From Pleurocapsa sp. PCC 7327 (lineage in GTDB: Bacteria > Cyanobacteriota > Cyanobacteriia > Cyanobacteriales > Microcystaceae), in NCBI RefSeq assembly GCF_000317025.1, contig NC_019689.1:3208024-3240023 (forward strand): DNA of 32,000 nt. The letters run 5' to 3'. The notes beneath the pieces are model-generated. The model was not told the DNA's origin. It made no database searches and saw only the letters and a program-made list of their open reading frames with translations. Position numbers and translations under genes: made by a program. The first letter of the stretch is position 1; every line of letters begins with the position of its first letter. Below, piece by piece: positions 8,733-17,664 of the stretch.

Positions 8733-9059
8733 ATGTCTGAGAAATTACCGACAGACAATAAAAGATTAGTTAGCAAATTAGTTCGATCTGCTAGCGAACT
8801 AAAATCGAAAGTATCGGCAGTAATACAGTCATCTTAACAGGCAGAAATCTTGATTAATTTCATTGAACAACGCATTCATCAATTAGGTGATTCTCTCCGT
8901 GACGAAATGCACCAGATTTCTGAAAAGTATCGCTCTGAAATGGAGCAAGTATACCTGCAAAAACAGCAACAATTACGCCGTGAAGCCATGTATCAGTGGT
9001 TCATTACTTTGGCTTTACTAATAGCAATGATGGCGAAAAATAGTATCTTAAATTTTTAA
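8733..9059 (+). pseudogene. small coiled-coil/TM protein gene interrupted by one in-frame TAA (8835-8837), or two short ORFs
   Basis: ATG 8733 with RBS gggaga reads MSEKLPTDNKRLVSKLVRSASELKSKVSAVIQSS*QAEILINFIEQRIHQLGDSLRDEM... in one frame to the C-terminal TM segment 'WFITLALLIAMMAKNS' and stop at 9057-9059. Confidence 0.65.
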
Positions 9060-9080
9060 AGAAAAGCTAATTTTGTAGTC

Positions 9081-9875
9081 ATGAGTCAGCAAATACAAAG
9101 TCAGATTGAACAAATCACCCTTCAAAGGTATCGAGAACTTATCCAAGGGGGTGCCATCGTAGTTCAGGATTGGTACGGTACAGTACATCTACAACAAATT
9201 CTCAATCAGTTTGCTTCTGCAACTGGAGCAAGGGCACGTTTCTTCATAGTAGATGCCCCACTTCAAATTCTTGCTCAAGCAGCAGACGGATGGAATGCAG
9301 AAAGTTTAGCTGATGGAACCTTTATTTTTAATTACGATTTGCTAAATGCCAGTTGGTCAATAGCAGAAGGATACGCCTGCTGGCGCGCAGATCCATCTTT
9401 TAATCTGAATTATCATTTTTGGCTGATAGCTCAGGCTTTAAGGAGCGACTTTGATATTATGCCCCCTACCGATATATTTGGGCAACTCCAGTATCAAACA
9501 AGCCAGATCTTTCGAGACATGATTGCTTTTGTTGCGGCACACGAACTTGCCCACTTTATCAAACATGATTTGGCAAGGAAATTAGTAGAAGCATCGTTGA
9601 CGGGAAGTACTCCAATTTCCGCCATGTTTTTCAGTCGGGGACTCGAAATTGAAGCTGACCTTCTTGGTTTGAGTCTCCTTGTACAGGCAGGATATGACCC
9701 GCGTGGGGCATTATTATCTCTTGCTTTTATGGACTATTTGGACAAGTTTACGGGCAGACAGCCTCATCCTTTAGATCCCCATCCACCAGCTAGCGATCGC
9801 TTCACGATCGTCCAGCAATGGCTGACTAATAATGGATTTCCACTTCCACAGATTTTTGAGCGGATTCATATATAG
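9081..9875 (+). CDS. M48-like metalloprotease
   Basis: 264 aa. 'FVAAHELAHFIKHD' (HExxH) and downstream 'SRGLEIEADLLGLSLLVQAGYDPRGA' (third zinc ligand region) are typical of M48 peptidases. Confidence 0.85.
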   Translation: MSQQIQSQIEQITLQRYRELIQGGAIVVQDWYGTVHLQQILNQFASATGARARFFIVDAPLQILAQAADGWNAESLADGTFIFNYDLLNASWSIAEGYACWRADPSFNLNYHFWLIAQALRSDFDIMPPTDIFGQLQYQTSQIFRDMIAFVAAHELAHFIKHDLARKLVEASLTGSTPISAMFFSRGLEIEADLLGLSLLVQAGYDPRGALLSLAFMDYLDKFTGRQPHPLDPHPPASDRFTIVQQWLTNNGFPLPQIFERIHI

Positions 9876-9947
9876 CTAAATCCCTAGATAAATCTTTAGA
9901 AGTTTTTGCAACACGACCCTAGAACTCAGGTTTTCCTCTAACTTGGC

Positions 9948-10766
9948 TCACTGACTAATCTCAATGTCGCTAGATTCGCATAGATAGCTCAAGACTTCTT
10001 GGGCATTGCGAGTCAGAGTAGGAGACGGATTTTTCACAGAGTAGATTTCCTGCAAAGCATCCGACCAAAGACCTAGTTGGGCAAAATAGTTAGCGCGTTG
10101 TAAGGCGATTTCCTCGACAGTGGCTCCTGCTGTTTTCAGTTGCGTTTCCAGTTCCGCCAGTTTAGAGGCGATATCATTGCGCTCTTGGGACTCCATCACT
10201 TGAAAAGTAAAGCGCTGCCGATGGGAAGACGGAACGACCAATTCCCAATCGTAGATTTTACCAGGCTGCAACGCCTCTCCGGTATACTTAACACTTTGAA
10301 ATTTTGCCGTTTGAGATTGTGCCGTGACAGTCTGACTCCACAACAGTTCCTGCTCGCGATCGGGATTAAAAGGACTGTAAAGGCGAATTTTGATACTTGG
10401 TGCCGTTCCTTGCCAGAGAAACAGAGGGCGATCGCTCCAGATGATATTTTTTTCTCCTAGCAAACCGGGGGTAATCTCGCAGACATTCCCTCGTGAGGTT
10501 AAGGCAGGCTCGTTCCGTTTCGATTTCAATAATTCCCAAAGAACTGCCCAGACTGAGTTCTGCTCGCTTCCTCTAGTTTCTGTTGAAGTGTTGGCATTGC
10601 GAACGCGATCTCTAGTTTCTACTGAGGACTCAGAATTCGGCTGAGCAAAGGCACTGAGAATCAATCCAGAGTAGAAACAGGCGGTAGCTGTGGCAGCCAG
10701 TAGCAATATAGACGCGATTTTCTGGCTGGGTTTTCGAGTTGAGGTCAACGACTTGATATTAACCAT
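9948..10766 (-). CDS. DUF928 family protein
   Basis: 272 aa with N-terminal TM/signal. 'IIWSDRPLFLWQGTAPSIKIRLYSP...LLWSQTV...YTGEALQPGKIYDWEL' is typical of cyanobacterial DUF928. Overlaps upstream gene by 8 nt. Confidence 0.8.
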   Translation of the reverse strand: MVNIKSLTSTRKPSQKIASILLLAATATACFYSGLILSAFAQPNSESSVETRDRVRNANTSTETRGSEQNSVWAVLWELLKSKRNEPALTSRGNVCEITPGLLGEKNIIWSDRPLFLWQGTAPSIKIRLYSPFNPDREQELLWSQTVTAQSQTAKFQSVKYTGEALQPGKIYDWELVVPSSHRQRFTFQVMESQERNDIASKLAELETQLKTAGATVEEIALQRANYFAQLGLWSDALQEIYSVKNPSPTLTRNAQEVLSYLCESSDIEISQ

Positions 10767-13218
10767 GAGATGTCCTCCTCAAAGTCGGCAAAACATAAAT
10801 CCAAAAGGCTACTGACGGCAGAAACCAAGGCAGCAATACCGCAGCAGAGATATAAACCTGTAGTCCAATGAGAATATAAGCGGCTGTAGCGCCAGCTAGC
10901 CCAATTGCCCACTGCCATCGATCTCTGTACTGTTTCCTCAGCACCAGTGTGGCTCTTTTGCCCAGCAAAACTGCTATGCCGATCGCCCAAAGATCGGGAA
11001 TGGGAACGACTAATCGCTGTGCCAGCAAATGATGAATCATGTAAGCAAGGGCTTCAGATCCCGCGAATTTGTCTGGGTTGGTTGCCGCAGAAACCCGCCG
11101 TTTTCGCCAGTAAGCAACGGCTAGAGGCGCTGGGAAATTATCTGCCCCAGGTATGATTCCTGCTTCGTCATATCCTCCTGGGGCAACGATCGCGATTTGC
11201 TGCTCGAACCGATCGCCTGCTAAAGTATCGACATTATCATCGAGTAACTGCCAAGCGGCAATGCGATCGTAAACCAAGTCTGGGGGAATCGAAAAGTCAT
11301 TGATAGGTCGCAACCAAAGTTGACCAAAGTTTTCGGCAAAGCTGCTTATCGGGTGAAGCCGTGTTTGGCGTAAGAAGGCAACAGTATCGTTGGGTTTATC
11401 TCCCTCGTTGAGATAATTAAATACTTGGGTACGAAAATCGCTTCGGTTATTTAATCGCGGTTTCGGCAAATCAGAGGCAAAAGGGTCTTGATTGAGTGCG
11501 TAAACTACTGCCAGCAGATAGGCAAAGGGACAAGTCTGGTAACAATCTGTTTTTGCAGGTAAAAGTCTGACATATTGGGGCAAGGCATTAGTATAACCTT
11601 CGAGACTCCAATAACGTTTCGCAATGCCAGTTTCAGGCGCTCCCCCCACTTCTTTTCCATTATCCAACTGAGCTGCAAATACAATCCAAATGCCTTTCCG
11701 ATCGACCGCAGTGCGGATAGATTGTGAGAGTAGGCGATCGTTCCCAGGTCTGTCTAGAAGATAATCGATTCCTACAACTTTGGCATCTAAGGCTGAGAGT
11801 TTGTCAATCAAACTAGCTAGATAGCTGCGATCGATTGGATTGGGATCGGAGATCCCCGCTTTCTGAATTGACCGCTCGTCGATCTGAACCAACAGGACGG
11901 GGGGTAATGCCGCAGGTGGAATTTGTCCCGTGACATCGCGGTAGATTGCCTGGATTAAGACTCGCCCTTCTAATAAAAAGTCCTGTACGGGGGGAAATAA
12001 GCTCAGTAGTACTAACGATCCCAGAGCGATCGCTTCTCGGCGCGTGGGCAACCACTGTTTGAGCCATTGCCTAAAGCCAAAAGGTTCAATTTGAAATAGA
12101 TCGGCATCGGGATGACAAAATAAGGAAGGAATGAGGTAAGCAGAGGGATAGGTAAGGTTCTGTTGCTGCTTGAGATATTGACAGGCTGCCAGCAGGGCAT
12201 CGCACACGTCTTTGTATTGGGTTAAGAGTTGCAGAAACCGCACCAGAAAGGCTTGCGCGACTCGATTGTGGATTGGCTCCCGCATCACTGCCACTTGGCT
12301 TAGTCCCAAGTCAATCAGCGAGGCAGCCATACTGAGTCCCCGACAGGAGTTAAAGAGAGCAAATTGAAGTCCTCGCTCTTTGGCTAGCTGTAATTGTGGC
12401 GCAATTTCACTGACGAACATTGACGCGCCAGGGGCGATCGCTAACTCTCCTCCAGTAATGGCAGTTTCATTGCTATGTCCGGCGAAAAATAAAATATCCC
12501 AACCCCGTTCGTCTGCGATCGCCTCACAAATCTGCGCCTTGAGTTCGGATATGGCTTTTCCGGGTTGCCAGCCAACAAATTGAATCTCTGCCACGGAGAC
12601 TAACGATCGCAAAGCTTGCCGATCCCCTTGAAAGTTCAGTCCCGTGTCATCGCCTAAAATAGCTAAGACGCGAGTTCGACCGCGACGAAATCTCTGACGC
12701 TGGGGAGTCGTTTCTGCCCGGATGTTAACTGGAGTGCGAGCAAAGCGAATGGCGACCGTCCCGGTAAATTCTGTTCCAATTTCCCAAGCTTCCCAAGGAA
12801 ATCGCTCTAGCTCAATTGGGTTACAAGTGAGGAAAACATCGACGCAGCCGCCACCGAGCTTTGACTGGACGGGCACTTGCTCTGCTAGGCGCTTAGCGGC
12901 ACGGGCAATCTCAGTGCGAATTTCAAAGAGTTCTTGACAGCGAAGCCAGCGATGAAACTCAGACAGCAGCATGGCTTCCGCCTGCACCAGTTGGGCATGG
13001 CGCTCGACGGTCGCTCCGCTGCCAGAAGCTTCCACTCGCGATCGCAACGCCGTTTTATAAAAGCCCAGATAAGCTCGCTGCCACTCCTGATACAGTTTCG
13101 TCAGTGCTTCTGGATAGGACAAGGTAGCGCAAAGCTGTTGTCCTCTACCCCAAGACAGCTCAAAAAGACAAGCTCGATCGATTTGTTGGACTTTGAGCCG
13201 AAAAATAGAGCGAAGCAT
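10759..13218 (-). CDS. CHAT protease domain fused to CHASE2 membrane sensor protein
   Basis: 819 aa. CHAT His motif 'DILFFAGHSNE' (His codon 12475-12477) and Cys motif 'FALFNSCRGLSMAASL' (Cys codon 12343-12345). CHASE2-like 'PPVLLVQIDERSIQKAGI...YLASLIDKLSALDAKVVGIDYLLD'. C-terminal TM segments. Confidence 0.9.
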   Translation of the reverse strand: MLRSIFRLKVQQIDRACLFELSWGRGQQLCATLSYPEALTKLYQEWQRAYLGFYKTALRSRVEASGSGATVERHAQLVQAEAMLLSEFHRWLRCQELFEIRTEIARAAKRLAEQVPVQSKLGGGCVDVFLTCNPIELERFPWEAWEIGTEFTGTVAIRFARTPVNIRAETTPQRQRFRRGRTRVLAILGDDTGLNFQGDRQALRSLVSVAEIQFVGWQPGKAISELKAQICEAIADERGWDILFFAGHSNETAITGGELAIAPGASMFVSEIAPQLQLAKERGLQFALFNSCRGLSMAASLIDLGLSQVAVMREPIHNRVAQAFLVRFLQLLTQYKDVCDALLAACQYLKQQQNLTYPSAYLIPSLFCHPDADLFQIEPFGFRQWLKQWLPTRREAIALGSLVLLSLFPPVQDFLLEGRVLIQAIYRDVTGQIPPAALPPVLLVQIDERSIQKAGISDPNPIDRSYLASLIDKLSALDAKVVGIDYLLDRPGNDRLLSQSIRTAVDRKGIWIVFAAQLDNGKEVGGAPETGIAKRYWSLEGYTNALPQYVRLLPAKTDCYQTCPFAYLLAVVYALNQDPFASDLPKPRLNNRSDFRTQVFNYLNEGDKPNDTVAFLRQTRLHPISSFAENFGQLWLRPINDFSIPPDLVYDRIAAWQLLDDNVDTLAGDRFEQQIAIVAPGGYDEAGIIPGADNFPAPLAVAYWRKRRVSAATNPDKFAGSEALAYMIHHLLAQRLVVPIPDLWAIGIAVLLGKRATLVLRKQYRDRWQWAIGLAGATAAYILIGLQVYISAAVLLPWFLPSVAFWIYVLPTLRRTSHG

Positions 13219-14570
13219 TATTGCGATTCTTCACGAATAAAGGCAAAGGACGGCAATGTAAGGGTTTCTCCATCCATCAAGACAAGGGTCACTAGAAATT
13301 GCTCGTTCAATGCGCCGACGACACGAGTATAGAGATAGGTATCCCCTGGGTTAGGCTCTACCTCGACTAAAACATTCGTTAGCTCGCTGACTCGTAATTT
13401 GAGTCCTTGGGGCAGCTCGTTCCCAGACCGCGTTCCTAAGATTAGCAGCAACGTCCACTCCGATTGAATGGGAATAGACCAGGTGACGGCGTACAATCGC
13501 AAGAGATTCTCAGCTAAAGTCAAGTCTCGGTAAGCGCCACGCGCCTGGGTAGGGATTTCCATGCCCCTACTTCTTAACTGGGCGATTATCGCCCCGAACT
13601 CTTCAGCAGGCGATTCAACGACAGTATCTCTCAGGGAACGTAGGGGTACTGTAGCCAAATCCGGGGGCGGAAGTACCATCCAAGATAGATTCTGGGCGAA
13701 CTCGTCTAGCTCGTCCTGTAACCACAGCCATACATTCACGACTTGTTGGGTTAGGTTTTGTAAGATTTGTGAAAGTTGACCGATCGGTTGTGCTTCTGTT
13801 TGCAGGCAGTATAGCCAATCTAGTAGCTCTGGACTGCTCAGCAGTGCCGCTCCCTGCTCCCAAGTCAATACCTTCCACAAGGGGCGATTTGGAGATTGTA
13901 GCTGTGGGATTAGAGGTTCTAGTTCAGCTTGTATCCCCGATAGAGACGCTAAGCGATTAGTTGGTATCGCAGGCAGAGGGATGGCAGTCGGTTCCAAACA
14001 GCGCAGGTAGAGCAACAAGCGATCGGGATCGCGATCGAACCATGCGTATGGCAGCTCGTAAGTCCAGTCTGGCTCGGCTTGTAAGTTAGCAGATTGCAGA
14101 CGGTCTACGAGTTGGTCGTGGCGGATGAAGCTCTTAATTGTGGCTTGTTCCTGCTCTTCTCGAACCTCTACCAGCACATAAAAATGGGCGGCATATTCTG
14201 GCAAGTCAATGGCTGCTCTTGGGAAAGCGATCGCTTCATCGATTAGGGTTCCGGTTGCCAGCAAGCAAAGTTTAAACTCGCCCACCTCTAGATTACAATC
14301 CGCAGCGATCGCGTTGGCATACTGCGGCTGCAATACAGTACAGTTTTCCGAGTTGACCCGAAGCTCTGCTGCTCGCTCGCTCAGCCACTGCTCGAAACCA
14401 AATAACGCTAAAGCATTGAGATAGATTTGCCATTGCCGGAATTCATTCACAATTTGGCTGCTGAGTTGTACGGCTCGGTCAATCTTGTCCGATTCGAGGA
14501 AAATTGTCTCTACGGGCAAGGATTCAAAGTCGAGCAGAAGGTCAGTCGGATCGTTAGGGAAGTTAGTCAT
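13218..14570 (-). CDS. DUF1822 family protein
   Basis: 450 aa. Position in the cassette plus 'ARGAYRDLTLAENLLRLYAVTWSIPIQSEWTLLLILGTRSGNELPQGLKLRV' style C-terminal region. 1-nt overlap with downstream gene. Confidence 0.72.
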   Translation of the reverse strand: MTNFPNDPTDLLLDFESLPVETIFLESDKIDRAVQLSSQIVNEFRQWQIYLNALALFGFEQWLSERAAELRVNSENCTVLQPQYANAIAADCNLEVGEFKLCLLATGTLIDEAIAFPRAAIDLPEYAAHFYVLVEVREEQEQATIKSFIRHDQLVDRLQSANLQAEPDWTYELPYAWFDRDPDRLLLYLRCLEPTAIPLPAIPTNRLASLSGIQAELEPLIPQLQSPNRPLWKVLTWEQGAALLSSPELLDWLYCLQTEAQPIGQLSQILQNLTQQVVNVWLWLQDELDEFAQNLSWMVLPPPDLATVPLRSLRDTVVESPAEEFGAIIAQLRSRGMEIPTQARGAYRDLTLAENLLRLYAVTWSIPIQSEWTLLLILGTRSGNELPQGLKLRVSELTNVLVEVEPNPGDTYLYTRVVGALNEQFLVTLVLMDGETLTLPSFAFIREESQ

Positions 14571-15985
14571 GGCGAGTTTCTCCTGGCTTCGAGGTGGCGA
14601 CAGAGACGCTGGGCAAAAAGGCTGCTGGAAGAGCGATTTTTAGCCATGCTGGCTTCTGTTTCTGCTTCTTCGATTGTGGCAGCAATCTGTTCGTCAAGAG
14701 CAGCCTCAACTTTTTGAAGTCGGTCTGGATGAGTATAGGTCATGGCTGTTTCTAAGGTGCGATCGCGCAAATCCTTTAACATTTGCTGCCGGATATCAGC
14801 CCGAAATTCCTTGAGCTTGAGCAGACGACTCACTTGATACTGTGCCTGCAAACCGACAACAGAAGCAATTTCACCCATAGACTGTCCCTGACAGTGAAAT
14901 AATTCGAGGGCAGTCAGAAATTGCCGCGCTATCTGAGATCCTTTGTCCTGTAAACAACTGAACCGAGCCTGAGTTACCTGCTCTATAGCCCGATCCAAGC
15001 AGCTTATGAATTGCTGGCGGTAAAATGTCAAAAATTCTGCTTGCTCGTTTTCTTCTTCTGAGTCACTGGTAGGGGCAGATGCCTGAAGGCGCTCGGCGAT
15101 TAACTGAATTTTAGGGCGATCGAGGGATTCTTGAGCAGTAGACCCTCCCCTGGCGTAAATGCGATACTGACGCAGGCGCTCTGCTAGGTCTTGCAAGCGA
15201 GACATAGTATTTTCTGGCAAAAGAGTAAGGTTGGCTGTTTGGCGATTCAGATGAGCGATTTGTTGTAGTTGCTCCCTTGAGGGGGGCTGGCATTTCCCCT
15301 TGACCCCAGAGGAGCGCTGCTTGAGGCGATCGCGCCGATAGATAGCGTGATAGCTCTCTAGCAGAAGGCAAGCATGCTGAATTTGAGCTGGCGCAAGATT
15401 GTGAAATCCCGCCAAAATTCGCTGTAATTGCTTGGGAGCCGTGTCATTGAGGATTGCCCAGTCGCTGACCAGATAAACGCCGCGTTCTAACAAGAAGGCA
15501 TTGAGTTCTCGATGATGTTTTACGAGTCTCGTCGTCCAAGTGGACAAGCTCGCGCGTTCCGGGTCAAAGGTTTGCAAAATCTCAATAGCCAGAGATTTGT
15601 ATGCTCTTGGAGAGCTTGACGATCTCAAATCATCCAAAATGTCATCAAGGACAAAAGGAAACAGATCGTGACGAGTAAAGCCATGTTCGCTGCCAAATTG
15701 AACTTCAAGCTGAATGCAAACTTGCTCGATCTGACCGGAGATAAAGCAGCGCAAACAACGCTCAGCATTGAGAGGATTGGTGTCTTCCCCCAAGGGAGCT
15801 TTGGCAGCATCGCGGCGTAAAGCCAGCAGTTGGCGTTGAATGATTGAATCCGCCACGTCTACTTGAGTTGCCAATTCGGGAAATTGCTGCTGGAAAAACG
15901 CTTTAGCTGAGGCAATTTCTTCAACTTTGCGCCTTCCGGTAGCATCAAGTCTCGCGAGTCTCCAGTATCTCGATGCAGCACCCAC
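14567..15985 (-). CDS. sigma-70-like/HTH regulatory protein of the CHAT-CHASE2 cassette
   Basis: 472 aa. C-terminal 'ALELFHCQGQSMGEIASVVGLQAQYQVSRLLKLKEFRADIRQQML' resembles sigma region-4-like HTH. ATGA-type overlap with the DUF1822 gene. Confidence 0.6.
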   Translation of the reverse strand: MGAASRYWRLARLDATGRRKVEEIASAKAFFQQQFPELATQVDVADSIIQRQLLALRRDAAKAPLGEDTNPLNAERCLRCFISGQIEQVCIQLEVQFGSEHGFTRHDLFPFVLDDILDDLRSSSSPRAYKSLAIEILQTFDPERASLSTWTTRLVKHHRELNAFLLERGVYLVSDWAILNDTAPKQLQRILAGFHNLAPAQIQHACLLLESYHAIYRRDRLKQRSSGVKGKCQPPSREQLQQIAHLNRQTANLTLLPENTMSRLQDLAERLRQYRIYARGGSTAQESLDRPKIQLIAERLQASAPTSDSEEENEQAEFLTFYRQQFISCLDRAIEQVTQARFSCLQDKGSQIARQFLTALELFHCQGQSMGEIASVVGLQAQYQVSRLLKLKEFRADIRQQMLKDLRDRTLETAMTYTHPDRLQKVEAALDEQIAATIEEAETEASMAKNRSSSSLFAQRLCRHLEARRNSP

Positions 15986-16280
15986 AGTTATTAGACCTAG
16001 CTCGGACTAATTACATAATGAAACCTCCTGCGGCTAAGCGATCTAAGCTCTTAACTTTTGTTTGTAGTCGTTTTCTTGACCGAGGTCTTTTCTGTCAGCC
16101 TTACCTATCTCTAAACGCGCCGAGCTTATGCAGCTATTAATCTGCATAGAGCAACAGAGCAAGTAAGATGGCATCGCATTTATGCTTATCCTCTCTGAAT
16201 TGACAGTTCTACAGCAAGCGCATAGAGCTTTTTTGCATATCCTTTACTCGTTTGGAGAGAAAGTCAAATAGCCGCTAACC

Positions 16281-16295
16281 AAATAGGACCTATTT
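16281..16295. promoter_or_regulatory. palindromic candidate operator AAATAGG-A-CCTATTT
   Basis: Perfect 7-bp inverted arms with 1-nt centre in the intergenic region upstream of the 14567-15985 gene. Confidence 0.3.
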
Positions 16296-16386
16296 TGCCA
16301 CAGCCGCCAATCTAGGACTAATTGTGAATTGTGAATTGCGAACCGACGCGGACTCTCACGAACTGGAGGAGCATCGGCGAATGGTA

Positions 16387-17643
16387 TCAGTAGTATCGTG
16401 TCGCTTGCGATAGTTTGAGCTGAAGTAGTCTTTCATCGCCCAACTTTTGCCGCAGAGTTGGCTTAAAGGGTGACGCATTAAGGGTGCGAATAATCTCTGC
16501 CGCCACAGCTTTGGCTAATAGTGGCGGTACGGAATTGCCAACCTGTCGAAATCCATGCCATTTGGTCGCATGAAATCTAAACCAGTCGGGATAGGAATGC
16601 AGCCGTGCTGCTTCTCTGACCGTAATACATCTTGGCGTAAATGGATGAATTGGTCTGGCAGAGGTAAAAGCCCCATTATACTTATTGGTTCCGGCTCTTA
16701 GCGTGTTACAAATCCCATCGGGATGCAGCTTGTGGAAACGACTGATCTTTTCGGTTTCGCCGTGACGAGTTTCTTGAAAGCGTTTAATCGTTTCAGCAGT
16801 GTGTCTGGTTCGTATGCTTGAGGAGAGAATTTGCAAATTATATTCGCGATCGTATGAATAATCATCTTCCAACTGTTTGATGCCGCGAAGGATGAGAGCA
16901 TAATGACTAGAACCCTTGCATTCAGCGATAACCCAGTCTTTTCTTAGTAATTCTGGATAATGTTCTACTTCAGGCAAATCTCCGATGGCATCCCACACTG
17001 TCGGGGCAGTGGGTAGATTGGATAATTTTTTATATTTGAAGTTATTTAACCGAACTGGTTGAGTGATTGGCTGAGGGTATTTGGGTAATTCAAAATCCTC
17101 TCTTGCTCCCAGGAGAAATAATCTTTCGCGAGCTTGTGGAACTCCGTAACAAGCGGCATTGAGAACTTGATAATTTTTTTGTACTTGGTAACCTTGAAGC
17201 TGAAATTCTTGTATCAAAGTTTCGAGGATTTTTTGTTGTTTTCCAACAGCCAATCCCCGTACATTTTCCATGACGAAAAATTTGGGTTTTAACTCCAAAA
17301 CTACTCTCAGAAACTGAAAGACAAGGGAGTTGCGCGGATCGTCAACTACTCGTTTGCCAATTAGTGAAAATCCTTGACAGGGAGGTCCTCCAAAAACTAC
17401 ATCGATATCGCGATCGCCAATTGCCGATTGATTTCTAATTTCTGCTCCCGTTATTTTAGTTATATCTCGACATAAAACAGTCCAGAAAGGAAAATTATAT
17501 TCATGAGTCGCGCAGTGAATCGGATCGATTTCTACAGCAGCAAGCACGTCAAATCCTGCCTGTTCAAAACCGAGAGTCATTCCCCCCGCACCTGCGAATA
17601 AGTCTACTGCAATAGGTCGCTCGCGATCGCTTTTCTTGACCAT
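16387..17643 (-). CDS. DNA (cytosine-5)-methyltransferase
   Basis: 418 aa. Motif I 'AVDLFAGAGGMTLGFEQAG', motif IV 'DVVFGGPPCQGFSLIGKR', motif VI 'FVMENVRG', motif VIII 'QARERLFLLG', motif IX 'ITVREAARLHSYPD', motif X 'QVGNSVPPLLAKAVA'. Confidence 0.97.
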   Translation of the reverse strand: MVKKSDRERPIAVDLFAGAGGMTLGFEQAGFDVLAAVEIDPIHCATHEYNFPFWTVLCRDITKITGAEIRNQSAIGDRDIDVVFGGPPCQGFSLIGKRVVDDPRNSLVFQFLRVVLELKPKFFVMENVRGLAVGKQQKILETLIQEFQLQGYQVQKNYQVLNAACYGVPQARERLFLLGAREDFELPKYPQPITQPVRLNNFKYKKLSNLPTAPTVWDAIGDLPEVEHYPELLRKDWVIAECKGSSHYALILRGIKQLEDDYSYDREYNLQILSSSIRTRHTAETIKRFQETRHGETEKISRFHKLHPDGICNTLRAGTNKYNGAFTSARPIHPFTPRCITVREAARLHSYPDWFRFHATKWHGFRQVGNSVPPLLAKAVAAEIIRTLNASPFKPTLRQKLGDERLLQLKLSQATRYY

Positions 17644-17664
17644 CCCGATTACTTAAGCACGCTC

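Noticed and set aside
15111-15371. 86-aa minus-strand ORF and other small ORFs inside 9948-15985
   Set aside because: Nested in or opposite the large, well-supported cassette genes.
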